In this document: piece by piece, positions 55,267 through 64,000 of the stretch
Numbering within the stretch: the first letter of the stretch is position 1
How the letters are laid out: every line of letters starts with the position of its first letter
DNA from: Eledone cirrhosa
Lineage: Eukaryota
Reading direction: 5' to 3'
NCBI GenBank assembly: GCA_964016885.1
Contig: OZ024752.1
Coordinates: 2,480,001 to 2,544,000, forward strand
Length of the DNA stretch: 64,000 bases
Program-made: the position numbers and the translations under genes
The notes under the pieces: model-generated
The model's input: only the letters and a program-made list of their open reading frames with translations
Database searches by the model: none
Told to the model about the DNA's origin: nothing

Positions 55267-57447
55267 CTAAAACAAACAAAAAAGAAATCCGTAACTGACA
55301 TTAGTATTTTGTGAGTAATACTGTAACAAACAGAATATATTCCAGTAGGAATTGGCACTTTCAGGGAATGGCATCTTTAAGCTATGTATCGCATGTTCTT
55401 CAGATTGGAATTGAAAAAATCCAATTAATAAATAAAAAAAATAGAGAAAAGAAAATGTGGCAGACAAGGGAAATATTAGGTAACTTCTTACTAAGAAATG
55501 TTTGGAAACATATTTAATACAGTGAATATAGTTAAGCCTCCCCAGTGTTTAAAATGCATATACGAAGTTTGTTTCGAATTATTGATTGGCCTAGAATCTG
55601 TTATCTGATGTTCACCCCACTTTATATATTTCTTGTTTTCTGATACCGGAAAATAGAACTACCGCATTCACCTTTGTCAAATATATAGGTAGGCATGGAC
55701 ATAAAGAATATCATTTAAACATTTAAATATTTGTGAAATCATACAAATCTTAATAATTTGGGATAGCATACAAACCAACATGTTCATAGCTGATTTATTA
55801 AGAGTGATGAAGAACGCATCGCACAGGTGAGATCCTTAAGAATTAGTGATACAGGCAGGTACTGGAGGTACTGGAGGAATCACATATATTTAAATGTAAG
55901 TTTATACTCAATAGAAATAATGAATGTAATAACAGCAAACGAACAATATAGTGACTACGTACAGTATAGGAACACAATAAATAATCTAAATTGCGACGCA
56001 TACAGGCAGCCACACACATACAAAAACGATAAAATAAAAAAAAGGATGACTACTACTTAGTGACTCAGACATGCTTGGAACCTCGGATGAGATGTCTTAA
56101 ATACAAAATATGCATGCCATGGCAAAACGAGCAGCAGTATATTTCGAGTACTAAATATACGACAACGAAGAAATATTCGCGAAGAATATATCAAAGATTT
56201 CTTTTGAGAATTTCTCTAATAATTAGTTTTACAGTGCTGCATCATTGTGCTGCATCATTTCTCATTAATTCTCTTTTAATTTCATTTTCTCAGTGGATGA
56301 GATTTACTCTCACAATGTCCTCTTACATGCATGCTAATCAAATCGAGGTGTTTGCTGGAAGGAACTTCCCCTTCATTTTAAAAATCACGTGATATTATGT
56401 CATCCAGTAGTCCATCCCTTAATTAACATAAACTTGTATATCTCCTATTCCATTAATGATTTTATCATTATAATTTATTCAGCTAGGTACATTACATGGA
56501 ATCTACGTTATATATTTTCAGTATTGCAACATCCTGAATATATATTTGAAATAGTCTTCCATCCTTTCTTAACCTTGCAACTAACGTATTCAGTACGTAG
56601 TCGTCATTATATGCAGCACACATAGTAAAAGCTTGCTGCTCACGTAGCAATTATCAATTATATATTCAATAAAGACAAATAATGAAGAAGACAATAACAA
56701 TTTGTTTGGCAGGAGTAATAAAGTCCGTTCTAATTTGTTTGATTGGTTCGAAGACATCAAAGCGTTGAGGGATTATTCTATGGAAGCTAGGCACAGTGAG
56801 CGGGTATTAACGAATATAACCTTTCTGACATCACGTTTTTCTCTGACATCAAGTAAATCGTATTGTTGCCGTTGTTTAAATCCATACCAATCTTTCACAA
56901 TGTACTATAATAAACAGTGTGAAATTAGATTCCACTTCCGTACGCTTAGCATGATACCAAACTGATAATAATATGTTTTGGTTTTATTTTATTTGTCTAT
57001 GAAATTTACTTGCTTAACGTTTTCTTTATATTTAATGCAATTGTCCCCTCCCAAACAATTTATAGTGCATGGGTTTTTTTATCAGTTAATTTTGTAGTTC
57101 TAATTATCAATTTCTCTTAGTAAATTTATTATATCTTCTATTTAATTTCGACACTTTCCATGAGCAACATTTAAAATGTAGCAAGATTAAAACAATAGAA
57201 GCGATTAATACGTAATAGAATGTGGTTATCAAATGTTACACGGAGAACAAATGTAAAACATTATTTCACCAAATAATTTAAATCTGAATGTATGGCTCGG
57301 TGCTCAATATGAATTTAATAGATATGTATCCGGCTAGCCAATCGCTGATATGTGTTTAATACCCGGTTTAAGAGATTTCGCTACGAAACAATTTTGCTAA
57401 TCCATTTGATTTAATTACATATTTTGACGCTAATGTTTATCACTCCT

Positions 57448-57708
57448 AGGGTGGTGGATTGGCGGTATCGGTAGAGCGTCAGACAACATGCTTTATGGCT
57501 TAGAGGTATGGCCATTTGCGATCTGATTTCAAATCTTTCTGAAGTTAACTTTGCCTTTCAGGATTACGGGATCGATAAAATAAAGTTCCAGTAATTCATT
57601 GGGTAATTGCTGCCCTTGTGCCAAAAGTAGATATATAAGAGGTCGATGGAATCGATTTCCTCTTCCCAAAAATTGTTCGACTTGGGGCCTCAATCAGAAA
57701 CCAATATT
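57448..57708 (+). mobile_element. SINE copy followed by a related SINE 3' segment
   Basis: Head GGGTGGTGGATTGGCGG and core to ~57630, then GGTCGATGGAATCGA...GAAACCAATATT. Confidence 0.8.
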
Positions 57709-59452
57709 CGACACGCCTTGTATATTTCTTAATTTTCTAAGAATTAAATATTATGAGAGATACGCATGTTAGTGGTTTTGTTGTTTCTCTTTACACATTC
57801 TTTGTAGCCGTCCAGTAAAACTAAGCATACACTAAAGGTATAGGAATATTGATGAATATGAATGCAACTTTTATTCATTTATTGGCTACAAGAGTGGTAG
57901 GTTAAATATTCACTTCCCATCATGATTAATATCACCTTTTTAAATATTCAACCTGGCATATTATGTAATGGAGGAATCATTATCTTATTTCGGTTTATTA
58001 ATGCTACACTGAACTTGGTAAATACACGTAGTGCCTAATTTTCTAGTACACTTTGAAATTAATTTTTAAGGTGGGAGTCATAATTTAGTGCACTTAATTC
58101 GGAGATGTTGTATAACCGTCGCAGACACTTTGTTACATTGTCTTCTGTGTTGTTCAGCAAATGAATCAATACAAATGTAATATTAATTTGTTAACTTTAC
58201 ACAGAACTGCAGAGTCAAATGGAGTGATTAAATTGGAGCGGTACAACTTATCTAACAGATAATTCAGAAGAATGAAATTTTAACCGATGATGTAGAAAGG
58301 AAAAATCAATTAGTATGAGACATTTAGTCCAACAATGCACAATTTCTGCTACTCTGTATCTCTTACCACACACAACATCGATTTACGACTGAAGAGATTA
58401 TATTGCTTTTCTTTTGTGTAATGACATGAGATGAAACTCAAGAAATTCAAGATAACTTTAAGAAATTTGCAATAAAGAACCCAGGGGATAGAATGTAAAT
58501 ATGAACATTTGACATTTTGCATTCAGTGCCAAATTACCGACTCTTGAAACATATACGAGATATTCTAACTGGGGGTGGTATAATAAGTACAGCACTACAT
58601 AAAATATTTTGCGGTATTTAGTTATGAGCCTTCCATTTACCAGTTCTAATCGTGTAAAATCCTATTTTTATTTAATCCACTTATTGCGTGTGACACTAAC
58701 AAACATCAGCAGGTGACTGTCAATTAAATTCATATTGACTTCCGACCAAAATGTTTAGTTTCTTATAAATGCAATACTTCACTCGAATATATAATAGTTG
58801 TATTAATATATCAAGAGCTGAACGTTGACACAAATAATGAATGAATAATTTTGTTCATATTTCTGTCTTCCAAGAAGTTGGAAATGATCAAACGAACACT
58901 AAACGTATAATCCTATATTTATAAACACTACAATGCTATAATGTCTCATAAAGAATGTACCATAATAAAATAACCGTTTAGAAAGCCACTATGAATTAAA
59001 TTGTTAACAATACAATTATATCTCCCCAACAAAAAAGGAAATTAAAATATTAAAGTTTATCAAGTAGAGTCAACATTTATACAGTATCTAGAAACTAATT
59101 AATATCAAATTAATCTGAACTCAACACATAAGAAATAAATATATATAATATTAGATATTATGAGGTACAAATATTGTAATAACTTTATGTATTTAATATT
59201 AAAGAAATCATTATAGATAATACCAAACATACTGGTACAGACACAGATACAAATAGACGCACACACACACACACACACAAACATACACACACACACACGT
59301 ACACACACACACACACGCGCACACAAACACACATATATATATAATTATATATATACATATATTGATGGTTCCAATGAGAAATCTTCCTTATTTGAAACCA
59401 TGATAGGGAGATCAATACATATGCGAGATTAGATATTTTCTCCCTGTCTCTC

Positions 59453-59553
<101 letters not shown>

Positions 59554-59947
59554 ATAAATGTATTTCTAGCATTGGAAATAATTTGTCTTACCTACCTTCT
59601 GACTAAAGGGGTGTCTACATATATCAGGCCCAAGTTAAGCATACGAAAGTATTTCATTACTTATGTTGCTAGAACTAAACACATGACGCAGTAAATATGA
59701 TGTAAATGGATTCCATGTCGTCTGCGTGACGTACATGAGGTTAACTAATGTATAGTTGGGATGACCTCATATATCTATCTATCTATATATATAAGCAAGA
59801 TGTATGGTAGTTCGTATGTGAATCGCGATGATCACGCCTGACCTACCAAATATACACGGTAGCTAGTTAAGCTCTATGCGTATAAGCAGAGCAGAATTAT
59901 TAATGAAAAAGAACAAAGGAACTCTTATGACATTATAACAAGTTTAT

Positions 59948-59994
59948 TGCCGACAGCCGTTTCGTCCGACCATATGGTGGGACTTTTCAAGGCA
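59948..59994 (-). ncRNA. Hammerhead with U3-A8 covariant core, otherwise intact
   Basis: TGCC-TTGAAAA-GTCCCACCA TA TGGTCGGAC-GAAAC-GGCT-GTC-GGCA. G10.1-C11.1 pair and GUC cleavage triplet. Confidence 0.8.
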
Positions 59995-60527
59995 TATAAC
60001 ATGTGATTGTAAGTTCATTATTTACATCAACATTTCACTCAAGATTAGCAGTTTGAAATTGTGGTAGACATCAGCAGCTCCGCTTGTATATTTGGGGTCT
60101 ATATTCTAAGGGGGCTCTTTTATATTATTTGTCGGAGTTGTAAAAGGGATGGGTTATGGGGTGTTAAGAGGATTTGAAAAGGGACTAAGAGTCAGGGATT
60201 GAAGGTTAAAAATTAGATAATTTATAATTTTCGCATTAAAAGTAAAGGACTTGGTATCTCGTAGAAGCACCTTAAAAAATCCCTCAATAAGTGCATAAAG
60301 CTTATAAGCCCCAATAAACCTAACAAACCAGAAGAGATTAAGAGACTAAAAAAAAAAAAAAGATAAAAAAAATAAAAAAATTAAAATATAAAGTTACCTA
60401 AAAAAATATAAAGTTTCCTAAAAAATTCCTTCGACAGAAACATTTTTTTAGAAAGAAAAAATTTTATTCCCCAGAGATCCCGTTAAAAAATTTCAGAAAA
60501 TTTACGAAGTTTTAATAATCCCTACTA

Positions 60528-60915
60528 AGTTGAAAGAAACTAATCAATTAAAGGTTAATTCAAAAAGCCTTCAAAAAATCCCTCAGAAAAGGCCCCTTTA
60601 ATATTTTTTATAAGAACCTCTCCCGAGAGACCCTTCGAAGAATTAAAATTTTAAAGAGCCTTTAACGATATAAATAAACGAATTGGGGAAAATTATAAAT
60701 TAAAAGTTAAAAATTAAGAAATAAATAGTTGAAAGAAATTAATCAATTAAAGGTTAATTCAAAAAGCCTTCAATAAATCACTCAGAAACGACCCCTTTAA
60801 TATTTTTAATAAAAACCTCTTCCGAAAGACCCTTCAAAGAATTAAAATTTTAGAAAACCTTTAAACAAATATATAAATGAATTGAGGAAAATTACAAATT
60901 AAAAATTAAAAATTA
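60528..60915. repeat. Tandem duplication, ~199-bp A-rich unit x2
   Basis: AGTTGAAAGAAA.TAATCAATTAAAGGTTAATTCAAAAAGCCTTCAA occurs at 60528 and 60727. Confidence 0.9.
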
Positions 60916-61185
60916 CGGGATTTGGGATATCCGAGGAATTTTCAAAGGGCTGCTTCAACAGATAAAACTTAGATATAATAGATAAACTAATTTAAGTAAT
61001 TTAAGTAATTTAATTAGGGAGCAATTCAAAGAGCTTATCAAGTTGGGCAAGATTAAAGAAAATGATAAGTAAGAAAATACATAAGCAAAAAGACAATAAT
61101 TATAAAATGTATTGTTAAGAAGGTATAAGGTAGCTTCAGTAATCTAATAATGTCCTATCAAAAATTATTATAACATTATTAATAC

Positions 61186-61437
61186 AGGATTAACAAAGAC
61201 ATAATAATATATTCCTGCCTAATTAACAAATAATCAATAAACAATTAACAGTCAAGCAAAATTAGCTCAGGGATAACCCGCGCTCGGATACTTTACACAC
61301 ATACAGCAACACATAGGATTAACAAAGACATAACGGTATATTCCTGCCTAATTAACAAACAATCAATAAACAATTGATAGTCAAGAAAATGTACTCAGGG
61401 ATATTCCACGCACTCATACTTTACACACATGCAGCAA
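61186..61437. repeat. Tandem duplication, ~129-bp unit x2
   Basis: AGGATTAACAAAGACATAA occurs at 61186 and 61315. Confidence 0.9.
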
Positions 61438-62869
61438 GATGAACAATACAGGTGACCTTGTGGGTGCGATATCCATTGTGCGTATGTAGTCATCTGCATA
61501 GCTCGAGGCACAGTTGGTCTTGTTTAAAAGTTCAGAGTTCACGAATCAACTTGGATTCACTATCAGCTGTGTGGACTCTCTGGGAAATGTACCTGTGGAC
61601 CAAATAGCTAGTGGTTGTTGGGTGTGGTCCGTTCGATCCTTTAGTTTCGGGGGTTGCACGCTTTTGCGATAGATCAGCCTGCCGGTTCTAAATCCAAGGT
61701 CTCGCTGCATAGGATGTATTGGTGTACATGCTATATTGGTAAACAAACCAGTGTGGATTTGACTGGGGTGGTATAATGCGTCTCTCGCCAATATCACCTC
61801 CTCTCACGAACTCCAAGCACACACGCGACTGGTCAAATGCGAAGGGCTGTCCCCTCTTTGTTTGTTGTAGGGGTCGGGTCCAGCTTAGAAGGTGGTCGTG
61901 TTATCCATATTCCGTCAGCCATGCATATTCAAGACAGATCAGGGTATATATTTGCGGGTATGGTCCGGCGTCTACGCTATCCAAAGGGTCTCTCTTGCGG
62001 TATTTTCAAGTTCGCATGTCATCTCCCGGTTAAGACTGCGCATGCTTCGGTGAATCTCATGCATGGAATCTTGGGGTATCATATTACATGGGGTGACTAG
62101 CAGAAAATATATATTCCATGCTATCGCGCACGCGCTGGCCTGTGGCTACGACCGTGTCCAGTCTCGGGTAGTAGCAGGCAGCAGGTAGACCAGCTAGACA
62201 CACCCCTGCTCAAGGGGCACAACCCCTAACTTATCGAGTGGTCAGACATCAAGGGATTCAACTCTCCAAGCCCATTAAGTCAACCGTGGTAATATACAAA
62301 AAAATCCTTAATAATAAAGAACTAACTCAAAAAGAACCACTAATAATAAAGAAGAACTAACTCAAAGGAATTGAATGGCGGAGAATGGGGAGGGGCATCT
62401 TTTTGGGCGGGGGTTTATTGGGGGGGGGGCGGTTAATTGGTTATAGGCAGGGAGCGGCCGGCATATTGGGTGTTCTGTTACTGTTTCCTTGGGCAAGTTC
62501 CCGAATTTGTTGAAATACATCTCCGACGGCACCTCCCCCGATTAGTCTACGTGGGTCCAGGCACTCACAATGTCCCACCTGCAGGCATCAGCTGCCCCCA
62601 GGGTGCCCAGCAACAATGCTGCCACCAATCCTAAGTTGGCAAGTGGGACACAGGGTCGACTGTTCCTCACCAGAGTCCTCATCGGCAATCGGGGAGCCGG
62701 GGCATCAATGCGGCCGGGGTTACTCAAGAGCACCATACTCGCTTGGAGTCAGCAGTACTACTGCATAAAGACCCCATAATTCCTGCAGTTTGCTCCCATC
62801 TTCACCAAAATTAATTTTTTGTTTGCTTATGGCCTACAAATAAATTTGCAGACATGCACTTGCGCATAC

Positions 62870-63780
62870 ATTCAGGTAGGGGAAACCTTGTGGGGCAGTA
62901 AACCGACTTGATGAATGTTGAAGTTGATATCCTCAATGCAACAAAACGTCATAACTGCTTGAGTTGGTGTTTGGTTTTCACGAAGCGAGATGTATTGGTT
63001 ACCCATTGCTTATAAAGGAAGGTGAACACATGAACTTTTACTTGAACTCATCAAGGGGATCGGTGGTGGGTGGGGGTGGGGGTCAGTAAGCCCCTTCGAC
63101 TTATCTATCGAAGTTCACATTAATACTGTATTAGTACCTGATAACTTTTGAAGTTTACATTCGATTTTAACTTTACCGGACACATTGGTTACCCATTGCC
63201 TAATGATAATGTTTAACACACCGTCTATACCCGAAACAATCAAGGGGTCGCCCAGGAGGCAGTAAGCCCCGGCGAGTCATTTATTGAATTTGGCTATTGT
63301 AATGCAGCAAAGCGTCATAGCTTCGATAATTGGTAGTCCAATAAAACGAATTTCGAATTAGTGAAGATACATTGAGGCACATTTACTTTCATTTCAATTC
63401 AGCAAGAGGACACCCTCGGGGCCAATGAGCCCAATTCATTAACCTATAAAAGTTCAAACTGCCACTATAAAAAAGCACCATAACCTCGGGAGTTTATACT
63501 TGATTCTTAGAAAAACTCAGCGAAATGGTTATTGCCTGCCATAAGATAAAACTCCACACATGCGTTACCACTTGAATTTTGCAAGGGAACCCCCTAGGGA
63601 AGTCAGTGAGCCCCTTTGGACCACTTTTAAAGTTCATATTATGGTTGCAGCAAAGCATTTCAACTTCTGGAAATAAAAGTCAATTTAAATGAAAGTTGAC
63701 GTATCGGTTACTCATGTCCTACAAATGGAGTAGATAATTTTTAAATCACCCCGACTTAACTTTAGTTTGTTTAGTTAACT
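62870..63780. repeat. Diverged tandem array, ~165-190-bp unit, ~5 copies
   Basis: CAGTAAGCCC-like anchors at ~62897, 63084, 63260, 63423 and 63604. GGTTACCCATTGC-like anchors at ~62997, 63187, 63527 and 63706. Confidence 0.65.
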
Positions 63781-64000
63781 TTAGGAAAATTGAATTTAAT
63801 TTTCACCTGGTTGTCTTCCCTGTGTAATTGCACCACAATTAAATGCAGAATGGGAGTTACATTTTTTTCCTTGAACTTTGGCGTCATTTCAGACTCCTAA
63901 ACAAGAAAGCCCGATTTAATCCAGGTGTAAATGTTAACACCTACTGTATGCGGATTGTGCTATTTTAAAGTCATGCCTAAACTGTGCGAATGATTGATTA

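Larger units (their letters stand above)
59880..62770 (-). mobile_element. Probable decayed PLE (GIY-YIG-like remnant, long repetitive 3' region, hammerhead)
   Basis: Minus ORF 61546-61797 (TNIACTPIHPMQRDLGFRTGRLIYRK...QQPLAIW) loosely resembles the I.C..C..Q.Y.G.TGR.L..R...QPVA.HF endonuclease pattern. Hammerhead at 59948-59994. Boundaries are uncertain. Confidence 0.4.

Noticed and set aside
62870-63780. CRISPR-like repeat-spacer array
   Set aside because: The anchors are degenerate parts of whole diverged units, the context is eukaryotic, and there are no cas genes.

Overview
This is AT-rich eukaryotic, repeat-dominated non-coding DNA. No intact protein-coding gene is evident, and nearly all listed ORFs are microsatellite artefacts. 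The SINE family and the density of (TA)n/(CA)n/(GA)n tracts resemble octopod cephalopod DNA (inference). Conventional repeats are about 9 tRNA-derived SINE copies, RTE/LINE fragments, one internally deleted mariner with about 100-bp inverted ends, and several Penelope-like element (PLE) remnants with GIY-YIG endonuclease fragments. The main observation is that many short islands between (TA)n tracts are fold-back (inverted pseudo-LTR) or direct-repeat elements from at least 10 families that look unrelated by eye. Most carry a type I minimal hammerhead ribozyme (stem I-CUGANGA-stem II-GAAA-short, often palindromic stem III-NUH). These include an intact canonical copy (8157-8227), a U3-A8 covariant core in three families, a conserved U4A core in one family, and giant (about 60-116 nt) stem II inserts in two families. 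One family also flanks a GIY-YIG ORF (44077-46138), linking the non-coding hairpins to PLE retrotransposition. All structures were read by eye; no folding or database search was run.
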